Positions 1-12,836 of a DNA stretch of 44,019 nt are shown piece after piece. The stretch spans positions 1-44,019 of the forward strand of contig JAUCBJ010004823.1 in assembly GCA_032718475.1 (NCBI GenBank). The letters run 5' to 3'. Every line of letters begins with the position of its first letter. Position 1 is the first letter of the stretch. A model generated the notes under the pieces. The model saw only the letters and a program-made list of their open reading frames with translations. It was not told where the DNA came from and made no database searches. Source of the DNA: Nemertoderma westbladi. Taxonomy: Eukaryota > Animalia > Xenacoelomorpha. The position numbers and the translations under genes were made by a program.

Positions 1-269
1 CTTGCTGCCAGGTACAGGTCGTAGTGAAGTGCTCTCAGAGTGGACATGAGAACACTCTACTCCTGACCAGCCATTGGTAGATCACCATCTGCCTGGTCAG
101 GCCATATACCCCTGCAGCCAAGTATATGGGTCCTTAATCCAGGACCAAGGGCGTCCTTATCCCAGAACGAAGGGGGTCCTAGTTAATAAAAGCGAGAAGA
201 AGAATTATGTAAATTAGTTGCTCCGACCACCAAAAACACGGGTACCAATAAAAGAGGTACAGGTTTAAA

Positions 270-467
270 TCATGTGTTGGTTGCCAGACACGTAGATCTG
301 GTATGACCTCGTCTTTACTTCTCCAGCAGTGTCCAGTGAATCTTAATCTGCGTTCACAGAGGGTGGTTGATACGGTTGATATTTTGTACCATAAAGTTCG
401 GAGTTTGTCATTGTTGTCTCCAGCTGATGTTTAGGGCAGCCCTTAGTAGTCTTGTGTAGCAACCATC
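270..467 (-). mobile_element. Degenerate non-LTR retrotransposon (RTE-like LINE) 3' ORF fragment
   Basis: Manual minus-strand translation across two frameshifts gives DGCYTRLLRAALNISWRQ / MTNSELYG / KISTVSTTLCERRLRFTGHCWRSKDEVIPDLRVWQPTH. This resembles the post-RT C-terminal region of RTE-type LINE ORF2 (recognised from memory, no search run). Confidence 0.7.
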
Positions 468-861
468 ATTCCATCAACTGGTTGTTACAAGAAGAAAATA
501 TCACTAAAACGACTGGGTAAACACAAACAGCATCAACAATGATGCTATCTGGCTCTTCCAATAATTGATCCAGTAACTCTTCAGAATCTTCTGCATAATC
601 TACAGTAGTTCATTCTGCTCTTGTAACAAAACCACAGATTTTGTATCCGACATTATCATGTAGAAAACAACTTTCACATAAGTGGAATAATGGCAATGAG
701 TTTAGAAGCACCGCCTTGAATTCAACTAAGTTTACTGGTCTACCAGCGGAATTCATCTCATTTAAAGAGATGAATATAATTTAAATTAATTAAAATTTAA
801 AGAACTTCTATGGCACACAAGCACATAACATAATACTGTTGGAAACTAAGAAACACACAGT

Positions 862-1285
862 AGATTGTTAACTTACCTTTCTGAAGAAGTATCTCTTGAG
901 AAGATTAAATATCTTGAGGGACTCAACGACGGATACATGAGAGCATGGAATACTCTGGAGAACACTTATGGAAATTAAAGATATGAATCAGTGATAACTA
1001 ACATCACACTCTGCTGATTTCCCATACAAACAAATTCAGAAATTGACGATTATTTGGATGACATAAAAGAAAGTCTGGAGAACCTTGAAAAATCGTACAA
1101 TGTCCACACGCCTTTTATAGCACTGACATCAATGTCAACACTATAGCAGTGTCAAATATTTTCTCTAATCTTACACATCCGGCTTGGCTACATTGGGGTA
1201 AAGAAGAAGCCAGACGCTATCAATTATCTCAACGGATGGAACCAGGTATCGCTGACCTTAGCCAACTGGGTGGAAGATCACAATC
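862..1285 (+). mobile_element. Decayed LTR retrotransposon Gag-like fragment (BEL/Pao-like)
   Basis: RLLTYLSEEVSLEKIKYLEGLNDGYMRAWNTLENTYGN* has the Y..AW..L...YG pattern of BEL/Pao Gag. Broken coding-like segments follow (DDYLDDIKESLENLEK; WGKEEARRYQLSQRMEPGIADL), with stops and frameshifts. Confidence 0.45.
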
Positions 1286-1613
1286 AGATCGTTTGTGATC
1301 CAATATTTGTCAATACTCTATCCAATATTTGGCAACGCCGGCACTACCTATTGCAAACAGAACTTGTGAAAGTTATTCAGGGATGAACCCCTCAATGTCA
1401 TTTAATCAAAGCGTCTCTCATTACAACCCTGCAAGCGGCAACTCATACCAAACCGCACATGCCGCATGCGAACATCAATAATGCATCCATTAACGTTGTG
1501 AATTACCCAGTGAATTTCTGTATTACATACAATTAGATGGGTCACATCCGAGTTAACTCATTTTAGATTAATTGTAAGATACAATAACACCAAGTATCCC
1601 TTACCACGCAGAT

Positions 1614-1704
1614 AGGGGGGAAACTGGACACAATAAAAATGAATCCCCCTCCAGGGGAAATTCGACGCAAATAACAGCTGATTACACCCAAAAATAAAAC
1701 TGTA
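1614..1704 (+). repeat. Dispersed repeat fragment, second copy at ~21755-21844
   Basis: Both sites share ...ctccaggg(g/a)aaatt(c/g)gacgcaaataacagctgattac(ac/tc)..aaaaataaaactgta. Confidence 0.8.
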
Positions 1705-3356
1705 GCCTGTTCTGTGTGTTGTTTTGGTTAATATGTCAATCTATGTCAATATGTCTGTATATGTGTCAATACGTCTGTGTATATGTGTCAATACGGTGTC
1801 AATATTGGGACATTTTGAAACACAAACTAAAAAAAATTTCTGCTCATTAGAATCTAATCGACACCAAATCTACATAAATGATGCAACGTCCCACCTTTAT
1901 TATTACGAGCCAATAATGTTGTAGAAGGACCCTGAGCAACCTAGTACCTAATCTGGAAGTAGCGATGCAACACCTCTCATTGGATAAAAACTTAACTTAG
2001 GAAATATCCACTCCAGCTGATGTGACGCTAGTAATGATGTGATGGCAAAAAAAAACAGGTAAACAACATCGATCAAAACAATACCGACAAAACATGATCA
2101 ACTGAGAATCGTACCGGGCTTGGAGTAGCGGAGTGATCAACCCATATCAAGCCAAGAGCAAGATCACCAAATTGCTGTATTTCTTACTCGTTTGTTTGAG
2201 CCAAGCTGAGGCATCCTTCTCCGTCACCAGATCCCATAAGGAGGCCTGGAGTGCGCCATCTCAATGTCGGAATTCACACTTTTACTTAGCTACTGTATTT
2301 ATAATATAATATGGTGTATTTATTAAAATAAATAGCCTGTCTAGGATGCAAACACCCACCTCTTTCAAACACCCATATCTCATCGAACCAAATTCAACGT
2401 TTTTGCTGTAGAGTTTAAATGTTTACGATTCAAAAGAATTGAATTGAATCGTAACTTTTTCAATGATTCAATGGTTTTTATTTACATATTTGGAATTCTT
2501 GACTCGTCATTATTCCATCGGTACCAAGGAACTGCTATGAACAGGTTGAGGAATAACTGCAGTACGACTGATGCAAAAGCTACGGAGATACCCTTTTCAA
2601 ACACTTGTTGCTATAAATTGAAAACTGATTACTGACTGAAATTGATACTTCGTTGGATAAATACAGTTAGATAAATATAGTTAAATTTTAATATTTTTCT
2701 TACAATGTGAATATAGATGAAGCTCATACTACTTTTTTATACAGTACGTTATTTTAACATAATAATTAATCTGTGTGGCATTAAATAATAATTTAAATTA
2801 TACAGTATGTGTACTCTGAATTTGCGCAGAACCTTTAATTTATATCATCACTTTTATGTAGAATTGCGACATATAAGATTTTGCATTAGGTTTCGTTACG
2901 TAGAAACTTGGTGACCACCTCCCATGTTTACCTAAAATTGCTTTGCCGGTAATTAAACTATAATTATATATTTTGTTGAGGGCAACCCTCTGTGCTGGGT
3001 GGGTGGGCTCGCAGTTATAGCCTTTATGATTCATACAAAGTTGCAAATTTATATTTGTACTGATCACCATTCACGAACATCACGGCGCCAAGAAAGATTG
3101 TCAATGTAGAGCGATACCGTACAGTAGAACGAGAAAGTGACGGCCTCTTCATTTAATAAACCACGTGAGTTCACGAGATTTGGCAGTATCCTTAACTCAA
3201 AGTAGTAACAGTTTATTAAATGTGCGAGCATGGCAGAAATATAACACAAAATTTAAAAAAGGGCAATCAGCATCAGTTTCAGTACTTCATATTTAACCAG
3301 ATAGTATTATCATACATTATAGTGTACAGTATGTGGTTATGTTGTACAGTTACAGT

Positions 3357-4056
3357 TGTAGGCCTAGTATACTGTAGTAGGCCTAGTATACTGTAGTAGG
3401 CCTAGTATACTGTAGTAGGCCTAGTATACTGTAGTAGGCCTAGTATACTGTAGTAGGCCTAGTATACTGTAGTAGGCCTAGTATACTGTAGTAGGCCTAG
3501 TATACTGTAGTAGGCCTAGTATACTGTAGTAGGCCTAGTATACTGTAGTAGGCCTAGTATACTGTAGTAGGCCTAGTATACTGTAGTAGGCCTAGTATAC
3601 TGTAGTAGGCCTAGTATACTGTAGTAGGCCTAGTATACTGTAGTAGGCCTAGTATACTGTAGTAGGCCTAGTATACTGTAGTAGGCCTAGTATACTGTAG
3701 TAGGCCTAGTATACTGTAGTAGGCCTAGTATACTGTAGTAGGCCTAGTATACTGTAGTAGGCCTAGTATACTGTAGTAGGCCTAGTATACTGTAGTAGGC
3801 CTAGTATACTGTAGTAGGCCTAGTATACTGTAGTAGGCATAGTATACTGTAGTAGGCCTAGTATACTGTAGTAGGCCTAGTATACTGTAGTAGGCCTAGT
3901 ATACTGTAGTAGGCCTAGTATACTGTAGTAGGCCTAGTATACTGTAGTAGGCCTAGTATACTGTAGTAGGCCTAGTATACTGTAGTAGGCCTAGTATACT
4001 GTAGTAGGCCTAGTATACTGTAGTAGGCCTAGTATACTGTAGTAGGCCTAGGCCTA
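3357..4056. repeat. 19-bp minisatellite (GGCCTAGTATACTGTAGTA)n, ~36 copies
   Basis: Near-perfect visible tandem array with one variant unit near 3839. The unit contains palindromes TAGGCCTA and AGTATACT. Confidence 0.97.
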
Positions 4057-4098
4057 AACAATAATTAATTTAATAAATCAACCTATGTAGGTACATTC

Positions 4099-4136
4099 CA
4101 GTCCGCCTTTTGAAAATAGCAATAAAAGGCGGACTG
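4099..4136. other. Perfect 13-bp inverted repeat (hairpin)
   Basis: CAGTCCGCCTTTT - 12-nt loop - AAAAGGCGGACTG. Confidence 0.8.
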
Positions 4137-4205
4137 AGAAATTAGTAAATAATCAAAGCGTATAATAGGGTTTCAGTTTCTTTTGAGCTCGAGAAATGCG
4201 GTTAA

Positions 4206-4560
4206 CCCTTTTATGCAGGCTAGTTAAATTCAATCAATCTCCAGAAACCGGAGCACTTTGGAAGGCATTCCCGTTAGAGGTATATGGAGAAATAGGTGTA
4301 CGTATACAGCAGGTTTTCGTGGATAACTAATTGAAGGAAATAAGTATCAGATTCCGTGAACTCATGTTTGTACACTACAAATTTTGGAAAGGTGCCTCCT
4401 TTAGCACATGGCACAATCTGCAAAAATGTGACGAAATACTAATACAATACTAAAAAGAAATACTAAAAACTAAACATTTAGTATATATTTACAGTGGGCT
4501 GCATACAGTAATCTATATACTCAACTGCACATGCAATGCATGCACGCCGGCATGAAAGGG
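4206..4560. mobile_element. Putative piggyBac-type MITE
   Basis: TTAA|CCCTTTTATGCAGGC ... GCCGGCATGAAAGGG|TGAA: 15-bp imperfect TIRs starting with CCC, and a TTAA target site with one mismatch on the right. Confidence 0.5.
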
Positions 4561-5279
4561 TGAAAACTATTTCGTTTTTCGGTATCATTTAAATGTATCA
4601 TGCTGTAAACTACTCTGTCGTCCTAAGGCAAACACATGCAACTCGAATTTTGACGAAAATGAGATATTGGTATCATTCTAAAGCTTACGGCGAACTCTAT
4701 CTGGTGGTACAGTAGAACTCAATAGACTGCATCTAAACTCTAAAGGGGTTAAAAAGGGGGTATAATGTAACTGCATTATATGAATTTGTTAAGCCATGCC
4801 AAGGCAGAACCATGTAACCCTAATGTGATAATGAAAACTCCATGTACTCACATTCCACAACTATAAGCGTACAGCCGTACACCATGATCTCGTGCGAGTT
4901 ACATTGTTTTGGCTTAGGGACAGCTGTGGAAATTTACATAATTTACACGATGTAAGATAAGTAAACTGATTAGAATTTGTAACGTAAATCCAAAGGTAAG
5001 TAAGGTAACTCGAAAATCAAAATAACATACATTTTTTAAATAGCTAGCTTATGTATGGAGCTCTAAGACTTTCTAGGTATTTAAATATACTACTGTATTT
5101 AACTAAACGTTAGTGTTAAAAATGTTCACACAGACATTCACATGTTTTCGTGCAGATTCGTTAACTTTAGGTTGATTTTTCTCAAAACTCGATTTTTTGA
5201 GTTACATGGTTTTTTTTGCCTTAGGAAGGCAGAACTCCTTTCTCTCAATTATGGTATAGTGAACATTTATTGTCTAGGT

Positions 5280-5570
5280 TAGATAATCCCGCCTCTGTAA
5301 CCTGCTCCTTTCCCTCAATTGGAAAGTGATTGTTTATTGTTTTGTATAGAAAAGCCTGCCTTCGTTACCGGCACATTTCCCTAAATTAGTAATGAGATCT
5401 TTTGTTGTTTTCGTTAGATAATCCCGCCTCTGTAACCTGAACATTTATTGTCTTGGTTATAGATAATCCCGCCTCTGTAAACCAGGAAAACCATAACAAT
5501 AAAGTTTTAGATTGGTGATGTTCTTATATTTTGACAGACAGATCGGAGGACGGACGGTCAGACAGACATA
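5280..5570. repeat. Dispersed repeat remnant with short internal duplications
   Basis: tagataatcccgcctctgtaa occurs three times (~5280, ~5415, ~5460). 5481-5567 is an inverted homolog of the ~150-bp unit at 20900-21430. tgtaacctg(c/a)tcctttccctca recurs at ~21879. Confidence 0.65.
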
Positions 5571-6594
5571 AAGACATAATAGTTTTCGTTAAATGTGAAA
5601 ACTGACATTTGTAATACATTTTAACAGATAAACCGTCAGAAACGCAATCCCAGATAGACACTTTTCACAGACACTACATAGAGCAGCAGAGTAAGGTTAA
5701 CATTATCGCTCATAACTTTTGAACTACTGTACATTAGCTATTAACAAACGGTTTGAAATTTTGAAATCCTCATAAAAATCTGCACCAGGTGTGGGATTGA
5801 AAATGGAAAATCATTTTTTTTTTGTAATAAGTGAACCCCCCTTAAATTATATACGGTAAATTATAAGCCCTTACAATGTATTTTCCCCTTAAAACGACGT
5901 AATTAACACAACAAATCAATGCCCCCACCAAACTACAGAACTATGTACTTTGTTATTGCCCTATGTATGTATAGTTGGCCTTATTGAGTAGATATCATTT
6001 TTGGATCAAAAAATTACTGCCAGATCAGATTCTCCATCATCGATTATCTCAAAAAGCATTATAGTGAGTGTGAATGAATGGCCATTATGATTAATCTATA
6101 TACCTTTACATTGTGTAGCAGTCAGGCACTCAGGCCGTGCACTGTATAAAAAAGTAGGCCCATAAGTTTTAGGGCAGTTTTAGGGTTTTTCGGCTGCACG
6201 GTCTGTCTTCTAGTAGGCCTTGGCCAAGGCCATCATGTTCTGATGGCAGGATGGTCAAATGGTAGCAGCAGCGCAGCACCCATACTATTATAGGCCTACT
6301 GCCTTACAAGTTGGTAGGCCTATACCACTATACATCTGATACTGTGATAGCTGGATAGGCAGATAGGCTGTACAGCAGCAGCAGGCTGGCAGGTACAGTC
6401 TGGGAGTACAGGAGTAGGCCTACTGGCCTACCTTCTGACCTTATTACTGTATTACGTGTAGATTAACCAGTTAGCTGTGTCAGTCTGTCAGTGTGTACCG
6501 GTAGGCCTACTGGTCTAGGTTAATAAATTACAAGTGACAACACATCACAAACGCCGAGCTTTGTGTTGTTACATTTCCGGTATTTTACTGTTTT

Positions 6595-7353
6595 ATGACG
6601 TCATTATTTACGGCTTTGCGAATTCTTCGCAACTCATCCGCCTCTTACCCATCAACCCAATCGCTTACCGGTAGTAACAGACTACTAGGCCTATCTGAAT
6701 TTCCCTGCTTAACATCGGTTCTATCGCACCTCCTCGTTCCTCCGCAACACAGCCATCTCGTACACCGCATATACAGCACAATGCCGCCATACCTTCCCTC
6801 TGTTGTGTTTGTTCTGGGTCCTCCTGGTAGCGGCAAGGGAACCCAATGTTCACGCATCGTAGAGACTTTCGGATACGTCCATCTTTCGGCGGGAGAGCTG
6901 CTGCGTGCGGAGCGAGATAGCGGTTCCCAGTTCGGGAATCTAATCGAGTCGCATATCGTCGAAGGGACAATCGTACCCGTGGAGATTACAGTAAAACTCC
7001 TGGAGAAAGCGATGGTTCTTAGCGGGAAGGACCGATTCCTAATCGATGGGTTTCCGCGGAACGAGGATAACCTGGAAGGTTGGCAGAAACATATGGGCGA
7101 TAAAGCCGAAGTTAAGTTCGTGTTGTTCTTCGATTGTTCGGAAGTTATCTCCACTAACCGGATTCTAGAACGTGCTCGTTCAAGCGGAAGGTCGGATGAT
7201 AACGAGGACAGTCTGAGGAAACGTTTCCATACCTACTTAAACTCCACAAAAGGAATTATCGATTATTATCAGAAATTATCGTTAGTGAGAAAAGTTGATG
7301 GGGAAGGGGAGATAGGTGCCGTGTTCGAGGAAGTAAAAAAATTGTTTATCTAA
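6595..7353 (+). CDS. CMPK1: UMP-CMP kinase (adenylate kinase family), intronless; core enzyme starts at second ATG, 6781
   Basis: P-loop VVFVLGPPGSGKGTQC, HLSAGELLRAER, GTIVPVEIT, FLIDGFPRN and LID motif GRSDDNEDSLRKRF. Complete ~190-aa core, higher GC than flanks. Confidence 0.95.
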   Translation: MTSLFTALRILRNSSASYPSTQSLTGSNRLLGLSEFPCLTSVLSHLLVPPQHSHLVHRIYSTMPPYLPSVVFVLGPPGSGKGTQCSRIVETFGYVHLSAGELLRAERDSGSQFGNLIESHIVEGTIVPVEITVKLLEKAMVLSGKDRFLIDGFPRNEDNLEGWQKHMGDKAEVKFVLFFDCSEVISTNRILERARSSGRSDDNEDSLRKRFHTYLNSTKGIIDYYQKLSLVRKVDGEGEIGAVFEEVKKLFI

Positions 7354-8079
7354 TTAGTAATTTTTGTTTTGGTAACAGCCAGGCCAGGGCCGTAAGACCA
7401 ATATTTAATGAATTTGTTAACGATAATATTATTTTTATGTTATTTGCACACAATGGATTTTTTTTTAATTGCACTGGTATTGAAACGGGTGACCCTGTCA
7501 TGGTGGATTTAATATATAGTACCGGTATTCTATTTACAAACAATGTTGGGTTTAAATCTGATATTCTTATATTCGCTATTTATATTTCTACCTCACGATT
7601 TATAGGCCTAATTAATTACGGTTATTAGATTTTCGGGCTCCTATCATTTTTAATGGTTCAGTAATATTTTAGTGGTCAGCATTGCTTATTTTTCGGAATT
7701 CAGAGTCTCATTTAATTGATTCCATTTTTTTTATATATTCATTTACTACCTTTTATATAACAGGTTGCGTTAATGGGCATAAATAATTCGTGGAAATTTA
7801 GGAATACCATCTAGATATTAAAAACAACGTTATGGTATGGATGATGTTTTATTTCTCGCATGGCATTCCGATTCTAATCTAATCAATAATGTAGAAAGAT
7901 ATTTAACTTAATTATAAATATTTTGTTAGCCGATTTAATTTTTAGCCACTCCAGGGAAATTGGCTTTTTACAACCAAAATAGTTTGTTTGTTTCAAATTA
8001 AATTAAAGATTTTTTAAATTCTATATGTAATTAAGGCATTGTTATGGTGTAGTACGATAATACACGACAGTTAGATATA

Positions 8080-8401
8080 CAAGGCGTTCTGAATAGGGCT
8101 GGTAATCCCCGGGGGTTATAAATCCCGGGATTTAGAATTTCAGGAATAATACAGGTGAAAAATACTGTTGTCAATTATTATTAACATTGAATATTTTTTT
8201 CAATATTCAATAGGCGGGGTGGGGGGGGGGGGGGTGGGAGTGAACTCCACTTTACTAACGAAGCGAAAATTGTTGTCGCGTTATAATAAATTGCTACTGT
8301 CAGACTGTTGTATATATAAATGCCCTATCCAAAATGTCGGAATTTTTGTTCTTGAATCCCGGGGTGACCAGCCCTTAAACTATACCTTATAGAACGGCTT
8401 G
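8080..8401. mobile_element. Putative MITE with imperfect terminal inverted repeats
   Basis: Left CAAGGCGTTCT...AGGGCTGGTAATCCCCGGG; right CCCGGGGTGACCAGCCCT...AGAACGGCTTG. Internal poly-G. Target-site duplication not clean. Confidence 0.55.
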
Positions 8402-9507
8402 ATAGAATTTATACACATTTACAAAATCTACAAACCGACACTTTGTACCCGTCGAAGTGCAATAAAGTAGCAAGAGAAATAAATTGAATAATATTTTGAA
8501 TTTTTCTGTGATTTTTTAATTTCCTATAATAATTTTATTTTGAATTTTACAAGAATGTCGTTCTATTCACTAATATTAGATAATTCGTAAATATTGCAAT
8601 ATATTCTAATCTACTCAGATTTCCGCTGTTTAAATTTTTTCAATTCTTCAGTAAATTTATCACCTTAATGATGGGATTAAAAAGTAAAAGAAGATAAGAT
8701 GATTTATTTACGTATTTTTAATAAATGTTTTAGTTTATTTATTTTATAGATTTAATTATCAAGCAACGAAAAGCAACCATACAGGACAAAAAAACCTTTC
8801 AGTTAGGTTTGTAACGACCGATAAATATAATAACAAATGAGACCAGAAGTTGTACGAAGTTACATGTTTCTATCCAGATGGGTTTTTATCATCAAGCTAA
8901 GTGATATAGGGTAACAACAATTTTATTTGTCACTTCTTACATACCGGCATGGTTTTATACTTATTGCTCAACAATTAAATACATGAAATAATTAAATGAT
9001 TAAGTTATTGGTTAGGTTACTCAAGCTTTCTTTTTAAAATATATATTGTTCTATAACATTATCTAATATTTATATATATCCAATGCAGCAGCTTCTAGCT
9101 GATGTACAGCATAGATTAAATCAAGTAACGATTTGCTCATAACATTCAATAAACTTGAGACTGGATGGTATATTCATACAACTGTTGCCCTAACTAATGT
9201 TAATTCCACATTGTGCTCATAGTGTCCAGAATTTATATTTGTAATTGTATATTTAGAGCAATTATTATGTTTTTTTACTTTTATTTTTTGTGAATTGTTT
9301 ACTGTTGAATATTATTTTATTAGGAGCAATGTAATAAAGTGTTAATTAATAGCGATTTTGTTTTTGAAAGGTTAAAACGTGTTTATTATAAATTTATGTT
9401 CTGAGTTTAATACCAACTGAACTATGACTCTACGTAGGTCCGTAATTTGGTACAGTTTGTTTACTTTATCTGATGTGCATTTACTTCCATATTTTCTGTA
9501 GAGACGC

Positions 9508-12500
9508 CCAATAAAACCGTGCCAAATTAACCTACACCATGGGGTAAACATCCAATAAAACCGTGCCAAATTAACCTACACCATGGGGTAAACATCCAAT
9601 AAAACCGTGCCAAATTAACCTACACCATGGGGTAAACATCCAATAAAACCGTGCCAACTTAACCTACACCATGGGGTAAACATCCAATAAAACCGTGCCA
9701 AATTAACCTACACCATGGGGTAAACAAACATCCAATAAAACCGTGTCAAATTAACCTACACCATGGGGTAAACATCCAATAAAACCGTGCCAAATTAACC
9801 TACACCATGGGGTAAACATCCAATAAAACCGTGCCAACTTAACCTACACCATGGGGTAAACATCCAATAAAACCGTGCCAAATTAACCTACACCATGGGG
9901 TAAACAAACATCCAATAAAACCGTGTCAAATTAACCTACACCATGGGGTAAACATCCAATAAAACCGTGCCAAATTAACCTACACCATGGGGTAAACACA
10001 TCCAATAAAACCGTGTCAAATTAACCTACACCATGGGGTAAACATCCAATAAAACCGTGCCAACTTAACCTACACCATGGGGTAAACATCCAATAAAACC
10101 GTGCCAAATTAACCTACACCATGGGGTAAACAAACATCCAATAAAACCGTGCCAAATTAACCTACACCATGGGGTAAACACATCCAATAAAACCGTGTCA
10201 AATTAACCTACACCATGGGGTAAACATCCAATAAAACCGTGCCAACTTAACCTACACCATGGGGTAAACATCCAATAAAACCGTGCCAAATTAACCTACA
10301 CCATGGGGTAAACATCCAATAAAACCGTGCCAAATTAACCTACACCATGGGGTAAACATCCAATAAAACCGTGCCAAGTTAACCTACACCATGGGGTAAA
10401 CATCCAATAAAACCGTGCCAAATTAACCTACACCATGGGGTAAACAAACATCCAATAAAACCGTGCCAAGTTAACCTACACCATGGGGTAAACATCCAAT
10501 AAAACCGTGTCAAATTAACCTACACCATGGGGTAAACATCCAATAAAACCGTGCCAAATTAACCTACACCATGGGGTAAACATCCAATAAAACCGTGCCA
10601 AGTTAACCTACACCATGGGGTAAACATCCAATAAAACCGTGCCAAATTAACCTACACCATGGGGTAAACAAACATCCAATAAAACCGTGCCAAGTTAACC
10701 TACACCATGGGGTAAACATCCAATAAAACCGTGTCAAATTAACCTACACCATGGGGTAAACATCCAATAAAACCGTGCCAAATTAACCTACACCATGGGG
10801 TAAACATCCAATAAAACCGTGCCAAATTAACCTACACCATGGGGTAAACATCCAATAAAACCGTGCCAAATTAACCTACACCATGGGGTAAACATCCAAT
10901 AAAACCGTGCCAAATTAACCTACACGATTGGGTAAACATCCAATAAAACCGTGCCAAATTAACCTACACCATGGGGTAAACATCCAATAAAACCGTGCCA
11001 AATTAACCTACACCATGGGGTAAACATCCAATACAACCGTGCCAACTTAACCTACACCATGGGGTAAACATCCAATAAAACCGTGCCAAATTAACCTACA
11101 CCATGGGGTAAACAAACATCCAATAAAACCGTGTCAAATTAACCTACACCATGGGGTAAACATCCAATAAAACCGTGCCAAATTAACCTACACCATGGGG
11201 TAAACATCCAATAAAACCGTGCCAAATTAACCTACACCATGGGGTAAACATCCAATAAAACCGTGCCAAATTAACCTACACCATGGGGTAAACACATCCA
11301 ATAAAACCGTGTCAAATTAACCTACACCATGGGGTAAACATCCAATAAAACCGTGCCAAATTAACCTACACCATGGGGTAAACATCCAATAAAACCGTGC
11401 CAACTTAACCTACACCATGGGGTAAACATCCAATAAAACCGTGCCAAATTAACCTACACCATGGGGTAAACAAACATCCAATAAAACCGTGCCAAGTTAA
11501 CCTACACCATGGGGTAAACATCCAATAAAACCGTGCCAAGTTAACCTACACCATGGGGTAAACATCCAATAAAACCGTGCCAAGTTAACCTACACCATGG
11601 GGTAAACATCCAATAAAACCGTGCCAAATTAACCTACACCATGGGGTAAACATCCAATAAAACCGTGCCAAGTTAACCTACACCATGGGGTAAACATCCA
11701 ATAAAACCGTGCCAAATTAACCTACACCATGGGGTAAACAAACATCCAATAAAACCGTGCCAAATTAACCTACACCATGGGGTAAACATCCAATAAAACC
11801 GTGCCAAATTAACCTACACCATGGGGTAAACATCCAATAAAACCGTGCCAAATTAACCTACACCATGGGGTAAACACATCCAATAAAACCGTGTCAAATT
11901 AACCTACACCATGGGGTAAACATCCAATAAAACCGTGCCAAATTAACCTACACCATGGGGTAAACATCCAATAAAACCTTGCCAACTTAACCTACACCAT
12001 GGGGTAAACATCCAATAAAACGGTGCCAAATTAACCTACACCATGGGGTAAACAAACATCCAATAAAACCGTGCCAAGTTAACCTACACCATGGGGTAAA
12101 CATCCAATAAAACCGTGCCAAGTTAACCTACACCATGGGGTAAACATCCAATAAAACCGTGCCAAGTTAACCTACACCATGGGGTAAACATCCAATAAAA
12201 CCGTGCCAAATTAACCTACACCATGGGGTAAACATCCAATAAAACCGTGCCAAGTTAACCTACACCATGGGGTAAACATCCAATAAAACCGTGCCAAATT
12301 AACCTACACCATGGGGTAAACAAACATCCAATAAAACCGTGCCAAGTTAACCTACACCATGGGGTAAACATCCAATAAAACCGTGCCAAATTAACCTACA
12401 CCATGGGGTAAACATCCAATAAAACCGTGCCAAATTAACCTACACCATGGGGTAAACATCCAATAAAACCGTGCCAAATTAACCTACACCATGGGGTAAA

Positions 12501-12635
12501 CATCCAATAAAACCGTGCCAAATTAACCTACACCATGGGGTAAACATCCAATAAAACCGTGCCAAATTAACCTACACCATGGGGTAAACATCCAATAAAA
12601 CCGTGCCAAATTAACATACACCATGGGGTAAACAT
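9508..12635. repeat. 44-bp minisatellite (CCAATAAAACCGTGCCAAATTAACCTACACCATGGGGTAAACAT)n, ~70 copies
   Basis: Visible tandem array with recurrent +4 (AAAC) and +2 (AC) length variants and AAATT/AACTT/AAGTT variants. Confidence 0.97.
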
Positions 12636-12836
12636 ATTTGTGGTATATCACTTTAAGTAAATTTATTATTATTTGTGCATTGAATGACAGTATGTAATGG
12701 AATTATATTACAAGACTTATTGATTCCCTTCAATCTGTTTTTGAGTATTCCATGTCGCCTGGTGTCTGACGTGACTCTCAATATATTTTTTACTTATTAT
12801 AGTCGGTAATTTTAAATTAGCTATAATTTAATTTAT

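Noticed and set aside
1-180. GC-richer stretch after a minus-strand acceptor-like site (possible exon)
   Set aside because: All three minus frames stop within the segment, no family was recognised, and it is cut by the window edge.
1724-3249. Short 60-76 aa ORFs in AT-rich intergenic DNA (and similar ones at 7346-9569 and 17686-21667)
   Set aside because: No motifs, low-complexity or repeat-derived, and lengths expected by chance.
6645-7154. Antisense ORFs (169 and 101 aa) over CMPK
   Set aside because: Shadow ORFs of a GC-richer coding region, with no recognisable motifs.
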